Assembly (NCBI GenBank): GCA_942493365.1 | Contig: OW818697.1 | Coordinates: 2,276,093-2,340,092, forward strand | Direction of reading: 5' to 3' | Length of the DNA stretch: 64,000 bases | Source: an uncultured Clostridiaceae bacterium | Lineage (GTDB): Bacteria > Bacillota > Clostridia > Saccharofermentanales > UBA5734 | Shown: piece by piece, positions 1 through 7,720 of the stretch | Position numbering within the stretch: position 1 is the stretch's first letter | Layout of the letters: every line of letters starts with the position of its first letter | Notes under the pieces: model-generated | What the model was told of the DNA's origin: nothing | What the model saw: only the letters and a program-made list of their open reading frames with translations | Databases searched by the model: none | Translations under genes and position numbers: made by a program

Positions 1-128
1 AAGTCGAAAACGTCGAGCACCGGCTGGCCGTCGATCAGCAGCAGGCGATCGCCCGGTTGCAGGCCAAGATCACCGGCAATACTGCCGGCCTGGATGCCGC
101 TGATCAGATGTCCCTGGTTTTGCTGCAC
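1..128 (-). CDS. PDZ-domain protein, N-terminal fragment; the gene continues beyond the window start. The N-terminus resembles PDZ/radical-SAM DUF512-type proteins.
   Basis: The minus-strand frame is open from base 1 to a GTG at 126-128, which is preceded by GGGAAGG. The translation VQQNQGHLISGIQAGSIAGDLGLQPGDRLLLIDGQPVLDVFDF shows a PDZ-like G-S-x-A...PGD...DG pattern. It is not in the ORF track because the window edge truncates it. Confidence 0.4.
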   Translation of the reverse strand, partial: MQQNQGHLISGIQAGSIAGDLGLQPGDRLLLIDGQPVLDVFD

Positions 129-274
129 GCCTGCCTTCCCTTTCGTATCGTTGCCCTGCTTTCGCAGCCGGCACCTTCGTGTGTCCGGCATAGAAAAAGC
201 AGCGAGTATGCCAAAATCATCCCCGCTGCGTCAATGATCTTTTTGTCTGGATGGAACGCTAATAAACCAGCAGT

Positions 275-457
275 TTATTTCTCGTCCATCTTGACAATTT
301 CCTTGCCATTGTAAAACCCACAAGTCTTGCAGACTTTGTGCGGCATTTTCTTTGTATGGCACTGCGGGCAGTCGACCAGACTGGGAATGCTCAGTTTGAA
401 AAGGGATCTGTGCCGACTAGTTCTGGCTTTGGACCATTTACGTTTGGGATTTGCCAT
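275..457 (-). CDS. rpmF: 50S ribosomal protein L32
   Basis: 60 aa with an MANPKRKWSKARTSRHR N-terminus and a CPQC...CKTC zinc ribbon. It lies directly downstream of a DUF177/YceD-type gene, which is a conserved arrangement. Confidence 0.9.
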   Translation of the reverse strand: MANPKRKWSKARTSRHRSLFKLSIPSLVDCPQCHTKKMPHKVCKTCGFYNGKEIVKMDEK

Positions 458-498
458 TCCAAAACACCTCCATGTTGTCTACAGGGCTTGTCAAAGCG

Positions 499-1008
499 CT
501 ATAGCAGTTGTTTCAATTGTTCAAACGGGGAATCCTTCCCCTCGCGCGTCGCAGCGCATCCGCAGTCTTTCTCGTTTAGGTTGCTGCCGCAATCGGGACA
601 CAGGCCCTGGCAGTCTTCCCGACACAGCAGCTTGGGCGGTATCGCCGTCAGCAGATTGTCGCGAATCGTCTGTCCGATGTCCAGTTGGCCAGCGCTGTAC
701 CGGTAGCTGTCGTCATCTTCCTCGGTCTGCTCAGAGGCCTGAGGTCGAAATGCTTCAGCAATCGGGATTTCCAGTTCATAAACAACTGGAGTCAGGCAAC
801 GGGCACAATCGACTTCGCAGCTGGCTGTCAAATTGCCGGTCAGGGTCAGAATACCTGCTCCGGTATTTTCCAGCAGTCCCCGAATCGTCGGCGGCCGGGT
901 CAGACGATAGTCCTGATTCGAAAAAGTCAGCTCATTCAGGCTGATTTCCGTTTCGATGGTCAGCGAAGCTCCCGTGCTACGTGATAAGGTCTTGATATCA
1001 ATCAGCAT
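499..1008 (-). CDS. DUF177 (YceD/YlbN-type) protein
   Basis: 169 aa with the C-terminal motif CREDCQGLCPDCGSNLNEKDCGC typical of this family. It is syntenic with rpmF. Confidence 0.85.
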   Translation of the reverse strand: MLIDIKTLSRSTGASLTIETEISLNELTFSNQDYRLTRPPTIRGLLENTGAGILTLTGNLTASCEVDCARCLTPVVYELEIPIAEAFRPQASEQTEEDDDSYRYSAGQLDIGQTIRDNLLTAIPPKLLCREDCQGLCPDCGSNLNEKDCGCAATREGKDSPFEQLKQLL

Positions 1009-1175
1009 GGTATTCCTCCACAGACGCGAACAATATTATCTATCAGAACGGCGCCAATGTCAAGGCGTGATGGCGAAGTAACCTTATTCAGTTTTCACCT
1101 CTCAAATTCTTTTGAAACGCAGTCAAAAGCAATTGGTGTGGTGATAACGGTCATAATTTGTCTCGTCGTATGTTG

Positions 1176-1403
1176 TTATTCGCGCTCGGTGGTTTCCTGA
1201 CTGGCCGTGGGTTGTGGCAAATTCGTGACCGCAACCAGCGACAAGACGAAAATCAGGCAAGATACACCCATCGCTATCGCCAATGCCGGCAAGATTAATC
1301 GGCGCGCAGATTTCGGATCTTTTGAGGCTGGTAGCCGCTGCCCACACACCTGGCAGATGTCCTTTTGGCGGTCATTCTCATTTCCGCAGAATTTGCATTT
1401 CAT
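1176..1403 (-). CDS. Small zinc-ribbon membrane protein (75 aa)
   Basis: N-terminal CxxC...CxxC (MKCKFCGNEN...CQVCG) followed by one hydrophobic helix (LILPALAIAMGVSCLIFVLSLVAV). There is no SD directly upstream; a GGAGG at about 1431-1435 serves a 4-codon mini-ORF instead. Confidence 0.5.
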   Translation of the reverse strand: MKCKFCGNENDRQKDICQVCGQRLPASKDPKSARRLILPALAIAMGVSCLIFVLSLVAVTNLPQPTASQETTERE

Positions 1404-1442
1404 AGCGTTTTGCTACTCAAAATGCATGGTTTCCTCCAATTT

Positions 1443-2879
1443 CTAATTTTCTAACGCCCTCGTTGTCACGCTGATGAATTTCAAAACGGCCGAATATAAA
1501 TCACCGGTGTAAGTCGCGTCGGAAACGCTCTCGGCGATCGAATCAAGTTCAGCGGCGGAAATATTCTCAGTCGCTTTACCGCAAGTATAAACGACTAATT
1601 CATCACTATTATAGTAGAATATTAAAAGAATGCCGTCCTGGGTGTCATGATATCCATAATTCCCATTATGATAATAAAACTCTGCATCTTCTAGTGCTGG
1701 TGATTGTGCTGTTATATTAATAAAACCAAGTGTAACAATGACGGCAATGTCCATATCAAAGCGGTAGCTCATGATGTCCAATTTGGTGGTCAATTTGGCA
1801 ACCTCACGATCGGAAAATAAATCGACCAAATCTTTAACCCTCTTGTCTGAAGCTTTTTCCAGGTCTTTAATCTCCCACTTTTTGTTAATTAGCGTTGACT
1901 CATCAGGTACAAGCAACAGGGCACTCTCGACGATCCCCGACGCTGCGGCGAAGTCGTTTCCCCTGGTCAGTTCGGCGTCGATGGCAGCTAGCGTGTTGTC
2001 AATGATTTGCTTTGAATAATTTGCCAAGGTAGCTGTCATTTCGGCATCGTCGGGGATTGAGAGTAAGGCTGTGCGCAACGAATCGAGTGCGTTTTGCATT
2101 TCTCCCAGACGCCAGAACGTGTCGGCTGAAGTCAGGGCTGCGGTACGATTGATGTCGTCCAATTGTTTGTGGTATGTCTCCCACAGCGCTACAAATTCCG
2201 GGTTGTCTTTCATAACAGTCAGCGCGAATTCCAACTCGGTCACCGTCTCCGTCAATTTGTCTTCAGCCATCAACGTTTCAACCTGCTCCAGTACATCCGT
2301 CCGATAGATTTTGCTAGCTGCTACCAACTGCGTTTGGGCCGTTTGATAGTCCCCATCGGATTCAATAACCTGCTGATAACAGGTGATGGCCTGTGCATAG
2401 TCCTTCTCAGCCAAAAACGCTTCTGCTACAGCGAAGGTCAGCCGCGATTGGTGAAGCGCTTCAACAAAATCAATTTCACTTTGAGGTTGATCGCCGAGAT
2501 CAATAGCCATCAATTGTATTTGCTTGAGCTGTTCGATGGCTTGTTCGTAAGTCAGGGTCTTTTGATCAAACTGGGTGGCACTTTCCACTGCTCGGGCCGA
2601 TAAGAATCGCAACGTCTCCTTTTCAGCACCTGCAAAACCTTTGATTTGCTCAAAATAGATCGCCTTTGCCGCATTCACATCGCCGCCAAGCAGTTTTGAT
2701 TTCATTTGATTGATCGGAGCGCTCCAGATCAGATAGCCGATCAGGCCGCTTGCAACCAGACCCACGGTGATGCTGGCGGTGAGAATAAAAACCTTGATTT
2801 TTCTGGATACTTTTTTGGCAGCTGGTGATGGTTCGGGTGTGGCTTGTTCACTTGGTTCATCGCAACTCGGACAAATCAT
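1443..2879 (-). CDS. Zinc-ribbon / single-TM protein with a TPR-like helical region and an uncharacterised C-terminal domain
   Basis: The start is moved to the second ATG (MICPSCDEP), which lies 9 nt after GGAGG. There is one TM helix (VFILTASITVGLVASGLIGYLIW). TPR-like helices are present, for example EKDYAQAITCYQQVIESDGDYQTAQ. The C-terminal roughly 110 aa may be TPM-like; this is uncertain. Confidence 0.6.
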   Translation of the reverse strand: MICPSCDEPSEQATPEPSPAAKKVSRKIKVFILTASITVGLVASGLIGYLIWSAPINQMKSKLLGGDVNAAKAIYFEQIKGFAGAEKETLRFLSARAVESATQFDQKTLTYEQAIEQLKQIQLMAIDLGDQPQSEIDFVEALHQSRLTFAVAEAFLAEKDYAQAITCYQQVIESDGDYQTAQTQLVAASKIYRTDVLEQVETLMAEDKLTETVTELEFALTVMKDNPEFVALWETYHKQLDDINRTAALTSADTFWRLGEMQNALDSLRTALLSIPDDAEMTATLANYSKQIIDNTLAAIDAELTRGNDFAAASGIVESALLLVPDESTLINKKWEIKDLEKASDKRVKDLVDLFSDREVAKLTTKLDIMSYRFDMDIAVIVTLGFINITAQSPALEDAEFYYHNGNYGYHDTQDGILLIFYYNSDELVVYTCGKATENISAAELDSIAESVSDATYTGDLYSAVLKFISVTTRALEN

Positions 2880-2973
2880 TGGTGACATCCTCCAAACACT
2901 TGACGGTGTTGAGCTGACTAAATGAAACTATTATATATGATGCATTAAATAATTTCACTATAATTTATATTTT

Positions 2974-3984
2974 TTAATATGGCTATGTCTTTAACTCAGT
3001 AGCACCTTGAAAATAGAACAAATGTTTGTTATCATGAACTATCGGTTATAGTTTGAGGGGGCATTGATTATGGCTAAGCAAGAAGCGATAAGTTTCATGA
3101 TGTTCAAAAAATACTTTGTTGATGAAGAATCCTGCCGCGATCATCTGTTTCGGCTGCGTTGGCCAAATGGGTATTGCTGCTCTAGATGCGGCAGCATGAG
3201 TCATTATGTCATTGCAACGCGCAATCTTTATGAGTGTACTGACTGCCATTATCAGGCTTCGCTGACTACCGGGACAGTGATGGAAAGGACTCATCTGAGT
3301 TTGGAAAAATGGTTTTGGGGCATTTATTTTGTCAGTAATGACAAGAGGGGCTGTTCGGCTACTCAAATCTCAAAAGAATTGGCAATCACCTACAAATCAG
3401 CTTGGTATATGCTGCACCGGATCCGAAAAGCGATGAAAGATCGGGATTCACAATACTTACTCAGCGGCCTGATCGAACTGGATGATTCATTCTTTGGAGC
3501 AGCCACTCAAGATGGAAAGCGTGGCAGAGGCACTGAAAAGGCAACGGTTATCGTGGGTTTATCAATTAATGAAAAAGGGCATCCGCAGTTTCTCAAGATG
3601 GATGTCGTGGACAACATGAAGGGGCAGACGATTGTGGACTTTGCTAATGCGCATATCGCCGAAGGATCAACAATTTCCAGCGACGCCTATCGTTCGTACC
3701 GCAAACTGCAGAAAGCAGGCTACCATCATGAGGCAAAAGTCTTCAATCCCAAAGAAGATTCAGAGCATCTGAAATGGCTGCATACGATCATTGGCAATAC
3801 CAAATCCTTTATCAATGGCACCTTTCATGGATTAGGACAAAAGCACTTGCAGAGCTATCTTGATGAATTCTGCTATCGCTTCAACCGCCGATCGTTTTCC
3901 GGTGAACTTTTCAATCGTCTTTTGTCTTCGTGCCTCCTTTCTCACAAATTGAGTTATACTGAGTTAACGACATAGCCATATTAA
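2974..3984 (+). mobile_element. IS1595-family insertion sequence, apparently intact (1011 bp)
   Basis: The 28-bp terminal inverted repeat TTAATATGGCTATGTCTTTAACTCAGTA (2974-3001) matches the reverse complement of 3957-3984 at 27/28 positions. The repeats bracket a single transposase ORF whose stop lies inside the right repeat. I saw no clear target-site duplication (flanks TATATTTT versus CAAAATCT). Confidence 0.8.
3064..3975 (+). CDS. IS1595-family (ISXO2-like) DDE transposase
   Basis: 303 aa with an N-terminal transposase zinc ribbon (CCSRCG...YECTDCHYQ). The ISXO2-like DDE region ends in the LDEFCYRFNRR motif. Confidence 0.85.
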   Translation: MIMAKQEAISFMMFKKYFVDEESCRDHLFRLRWPNGYCCSRCGSMSHYVIATRNLYECTDCHYQASLTTGTVMERTHLSLEKWFWGIYFVSNDKRGCSATQISKELAITYKSAWYMLHRIRKAMKDRDSQYLLSGLIELDDSFFGAATQDGKRGRGTEKATVIVGLSINEKGHPQFLKMDVVDNMKGQTIVDFANAHIAEGSTISSDAYRSYRKLQKAGYHHEAKVFNPKEDSEHLKWLHTIIGNTKSFINGTFHGLGQKHLQSYLDEFCYRFNRRSFSGELFNRLLSSCLLSHKLSYTELTT

Positions 3985-4273
3985 CAAAATCTCGTCAATA
4001 TAACCATTCTTTTTTCATCGTTGCAAAGAAATTTCACAGCAAGCGATGTCATACGGAGATCCTTTCTGGCACATGCTACTGGATGCTTGCATAGAGATGT
4101 TAATAGCTTCTTTAGGATTTCGATCTCCTCTTCCAGCGCTCACGGCATAGCGTGGCTTGTGATGGATTCGCCGGTACTGTATTGCCCTGTTACGTACGAT
4201 GTTTTTCAATTCCCAGAACTTCTCCGACAAATATGACTGAGATAATCGATCAGGATCTATGGTTTGGGGTGCA

Positions 4274-4300
4274 AAAATGGGCTTGTAAATGTTAAAATCA
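4274..4300 (+). promoter_or_regulatory. Promoter-like block with an extended -10 (TGTTAAAAT), duplicated upstream of the paralog at 6119
   Basis: AAAATGGGCTTGTAAATGTTAAAATCA is 25/27 identical to 6070-6096. The TGn-TAAAAT element sits at 4290-4298, about 25 nt before the AGGAGG/ATG of 4323. Confidence 0.45.
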
Positions 4301-4322
4301 GAGTCAACAGGAGGATACAATC

Positions 4323-5981
4323 ATGTTTTGTACACAATGTGGATTTGAAACGCCCGAAGACGGTGGCTTTTGCCCAAATTGCGGCGCGCAGCAGCAACCC
4401 ATCGTACATCCGCAATATCCCAAACAGTCGCAATATTTGAAGCCAGATCCTCGGCCTGTCGGTTCTTCGCCGATCGCCACATTTTTTCAACGCATCCCCA
4501 AAAATTCTTTGATAATTGGCGTGGCGGCGCTGGTCGTTGTCATTGTCGTTATTGTTTTGCTGACGACGCGTATAGGCAGCGGGGGCGATCGAGGTGGCAA
4601 TTACGTGCAATATGCTGAAAACGCGATATATGGATTTAAGGACTTTGATCAAGATGAAGTTTTGTTTGTCACCAGAACTGGCTTGTTGAAGGACACCGTG
4701 CCTGTAGACCTCGTTTCTATTGACAACCTATATGTTGGTAGTGGAAAAGTATCTGACGATCGTTCCGTAGCCGCATTCAAAGCTAAAGGTGATCTGCAAA
4801 TCGTAACTACCAGCGACAGTATCAAAGTCGATCAAGACCTCGTCGGTTATTTTGTCTTGGCTCGAAGCGGTCGGTCGGTGCTCTATTGTGCCACTAATGA
4901 TGAAGAAGATGTTGAGCTGATTTGTTATGATATCGGCAACAAAAGCTCCCGCATCATTGCGACGCTCGCATCAGACGAAACGATTGACCGCATCTGTCTT
5001 TCGCCAGATGGCCTGTCGGTTGTGTATTCGATTCTTAGCGATAGCAAAATTGTGTGTTATCTTTCGACGAACGGCGGAGAAAGCAAGGAACTCGGGGATT
5101 ATGTAAGGCCAATCGCCATAAGCGACGGTGCCAAACTGGTTTATTATTTTAAGGGGATCAAAGACACTAGGTTGATGGGTTCATTGAACATCCTCAAAAA
5201 TGGCGAGGAAATCCATCTGCTTTCTGATTACTCTCTAAATAGATTATTTTTTAATCGGAGTTATAGCGAAATCGTTTTTACCGATAACGGCAAAACCTAT
5301 TTTTGTAAAAATGGCAACGACCCACAAAAAATTCTTAACGGTGAAATAAGTGATTGGCGCACGCCTCTTGGCCGAGGCTATTTGCAAGCTGATACCTTTG
5401 TAGGTATGGTTGCTTCTTCAAACGAAGGGATCTATTATTTTGGCAATCAGGGCAACCTCGAGGAGATTGATATTTCAGATGGCTATATTGATTCACAGAT
5501 TTCTGCCAATGACCAATCGATGCTTTTTGTTGATGACCTGGGCAGCCTGCAAATCATCCGCGATCTGCGCCAATCGCTGGAGCCAGAGACGATGCTGGAA
5601 AATTTTGATATTTTCGCAGTCTGTGCAAATGATGACTTTTCAACCATCTATTTTATCGATCGCGATAACGAGCTTTTTTATCTGAACGGTAGCGAACCCA
5701 TGAGTATCGCCGATGACGTGAATACGGGAAATTTTTGTTTTGATGACAATAATGCACTCTATTTCATCGCCGACCAATCATCGGACGGCAGCGGGCAACT
5801 CTGCTCATCACGCAACGGCAGTGAAAAAATCGAAATGGAGGAAGCTAGTGCAGTATCTTCAATTGGCTCTGTGGCTGGTGGCATCTATTATTACAACAAC
5901 AATGACGATAAAACATATTTCGTCTCCAGCGCTGGCCAAAACATCGAAATCGGTGACGGATTTATTTATCCAAATTATTAA
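4323..5981 (+). CDS. Zinc-ribbon / single-TM protein with a large extracytoplasmic beta-propeller-like (TolB/DUF5050-like) domain, paralog 1
   Basis: The N-terminus is MFCTQCGFETPEDGGFCPNCGAQQ, followed by one TM helix (LIIGVAALVVVIVVIVLL). Recurring blade-like motifs follow (SPDGLSVVY, DGAKLVYYF, NGKTYFCKNG, TIYFIDRDNELFYLNG, GGIYYYNNNDDKTYF). There is a strong AGGAGG RBS. Confidence 0.7.
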   Translation: MFCTQCGFETPEDGGFCPNCGAQQQPIVHPQYPKQSQYLKPDPRPVGSSPIATFFQRIPKNSLIIGVAALVVVIVVIVLLTTRIGSGGDRGGNYVQYAENAIYGFKDFDQDEVLFVTRTGLLKDTVPVDLVSIDNLYVGSGKVSDDRSVAAFKAKGDLQIVTTSDSIKVDQDLVGYFVLARSGRSVLYCATNDEEDVELICYDIGNKSSRIIATLASDETIDRICLSPDGLSVVYSILSDSKIVCYLSTNGGESKELGDYVRPIAISDGAKLVYYFKGIKDTRLMGSLNILKNGEEIHLLSDYSLNRLFFNRSYSEIVFTDNGKTYFCKNGNDPQKILNGEISDWRTPLGRGYLQADTFVGMVASSNEGIYYFGNQGNLEEIDISDGYIDSQISANDQSMLFVDDLGSLQIIRDLRQSLEPETMLENFDIFAVCANDDFSTIYFIDRDNELFYLNGSEPMSIADDVNTGNFCFDDNNALYFIADQSSDGSGQLCSSRNGSEKIEMEEASAVSSIGSVAGGIYYYNNNDDKTYFVSSAGQNIEIGDGFIYPNY

Positions 5982-6069
5982 CAACAGGTCATACCCGCGA
6001 CCAGAATCTAGCAGAGACAAAATTGAGTGTGATGTTTAATCTGTGTCGGTTTTTTCCAGTTTGAGCGCC

Positions 6070-6096
6070 AAAATGGGTTTATAAATGTTAAAATCA
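6070..6096 (+). promoter_or_regulatory. Duplicated promoter-like block with an extended -10
   Basis: AAAATGGGTTTATAAATGTTAAAATCA, with TGn-TAAAAT at 6086-6094. It is a near-copy of 4274-4300. Confidence 0.45.
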
Positions 6097-6118
6097 TAAA
6101 CAACAGGAGGAAACTAAC

Positions 6119-7720
6119 ATGTTTTGTGCACAATGTGGTTTTGAGACTCAGGAAACCGGTGGCTTTTGCCCCAATTGCGGCGCGCAGCAACCGGAAACAT
6201 CACCCCAGCTAGCGCCGTCGCCGCCTAACTACCCGCAGCATGGCGTTAAATTACACGGACGAATCTCGAAAAAAGCGCTGATCATTGGCGGCTCCTGCCT
6301 GGTGGTGGTCGTGGTGGCGATTGTTCTTCTGGTCACCCTGCTGGGTGGTGGTGGCGGCGGCAATTTCAGCCAGGACAGCGGCAACGCCATCTATGGGCTG
6401 ATGAATGCCGATCAGGATGAACTGGTTTTTATCACCCGAAACGCCTTGCTGGAAGATTCATTGAAGACTGATGATTCGTTGAGCGGACGCGTGGCGATTG
6501 ATCAGTCGGTCGCAGTAATCAATGCCAAAGGCGATTTGCAGGTGGTCACTGCTGGCGGCATCGTCGAAATTGACCAGGATGTCAACGGCATGATTTCTTT
6601 GGCTCGCAGCGGCCGCACGGTGGCCTACTGCGCCCTCAACGATGATGACGATGTCGAACTGATCCGCTTTGACATCGCCAGCATGAAGGCTACGGTCGTC
6701 GCGACGCTCGCCAATGATGAGACGGTCTCCTCCATCTGTCTGTCACCGGATGGGCAGTCGATTGGCTATACGATTATCTCGGACAACGACGTTGTTGGCT
6801 ATTTATCAGTCAATGGCGGCGAAAGCCAGGAAATCGGCGACAATTGTTCGCCATCCTTTCTCAGTGATGGCGCTACCCTGCTGTATTATCTGGAGACTGA
6901 CGACAGCGGCTCGGAAAAGCAAGCTTTTTTTGTTCGCAAAAACGGTGATGACATCGAGATGATTTCGGAATACGATTACAACTTCATGTTTACCAACCGA
7001 ACCTTCACCGAGGTTGTTTTCGTTGAAAACGGTAAAACCTACTTCTGCAAAGACGGTAACGATCCGGAAAAAATACTCAGTTCAGCCATCTCCGGCTGGC
7101 TGACGGGCCCCGGGCAAAGTCAGTACGAGGCGAGCACATTTGTCGGGATGACCGCCACTTCAGATCATGACTATTTTTATTTCGGTCGTCAAGGCGACCT
7201 TGAGGAAATTGACATGGTGGCCACCCGAGCACAAATCTCTGCCAACGGCCAGTCGATACTCTACCTCGATGATGACGGTGACCTGCAGATCATTCACAAT
7301 CTCCAAAACTCGCTGGAATCCGAAGTCCGCCTGAAAAATGCCGATATCATGGCGTTTAGAGCCAATGATGATTTCTCGGCCATCTATTTTGTCGATGACA
7401 ATGATGAACTGTTTTATCTGAACGGCAACGAGCCCAAGAGTATCGCTGATGATATCATCTACAACGACATTATCATGGACAGCAACAGCACTTTATATTT
7501 CATCGCCGATCCCTCTTCAGACGATGGCAGCGGGCAGCTCAGCTCGACCCGCTTTGGCAGCGATCCGGTTGAAATCAAGGACGCCAGCGAGGTCATCTTG
7601 AACTATAACATCGCCGGCGGCATTTACTATTACAATGTTGACGATGAAAAGACCTACTTTATCACCAGCAATGGCCAGATCGTCGAGATTGGTGATGGCC
7701 GTTACTCCTGGCGTTATTGA
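6119..7720 (+). CDS. Zinc-ribbon / single-TM / beta-propeller-like protein, paralog 2
   Basis: Collinear with 4323..5981 and roughly half identical by eye. It has the same N-terminal MFCAQCGFETQETGGFCPNCGAQQ, TM helix and blade motifs. The first ~70 nt of the two genes are much more similar than the rest. Confidence 0.7.
   Translation: MFCAQCGFETQETGGFCPNCGAQQPETSPQLAPSPPNYPQHGVKLHGRISKKALIIGGSCLVVVVVAIVLLVTLLGGGGGGNFSQDSGNAIYGLMNADQDELVFITRNALLEDSLKTDDSLSGRVAIDQSVAVINAKGDLQVVTAGGIVEIDQDVNGMISLARSGRTVAYCALNDDDDVELIRFDIASMKATVVATLANDETVSSICLSPDGQSIGYTIISDNDVVGYLSVNGGESQEIGDNCSPSFLSDGATLLYYLETDDSGSEKQAFFVRKNGDDIEMISEYDYNFMFTNRTFTEVVFVENGKTYFCKDGNDPEKILSSAISGWLTGPGQSQYEASTFVGMTATSDHDYFYFGRQGDLEEIDMVATRAQISANGQSILYLDDDGDLQIIHNLQNSLESEVRLKNADIMAFRANDDFSAIYFVDDNDELFYLNGNEPKSIADDIIYNDIIMDSNSTLYFIADPSSDDGSGQLSSTRFGSDPVEIKDASEVILNYNIAGGIYYYNVDDEKTYFITSNGQIVEIGDGRYSWRY

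Noticed and set aside
129-274. A possible terminator hairpin downstream of rpmF (GCAGCG...CGCTGC plus TTTTT around 205-245) and a GCCGGCACC/GTGTCCGGC hairpin (around 167-189).
   Set aside because: The first has a 6-bp stem with a ~19-nt loop, and the second lacks a U tract. Both are too weak to annotate.
4015-4320. A 101-aa minus-strand ORF, and a 71-aa plus-strand ORF, in the ~290-bp space between the IS right end and the promoter of 4323.
   Set aside because: I recognised no family and saw no SD. Its 5' part runs through the duplicated promoter block shared with 6070-6096. It may be remnant sequence, but I cannot support a gene call.
6344-6361. A (GGT)3(GGC)3 run encoding six glycines in paralog 2, considered as a possible slipped-strand phase-variation tract.
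   Set aside because: It is an in-frame triplet repeat of mixed codons, not a homopolymer or a long simple-sequence repeat. Length changes would only add or remove glycines in a linker next to the TM helix.
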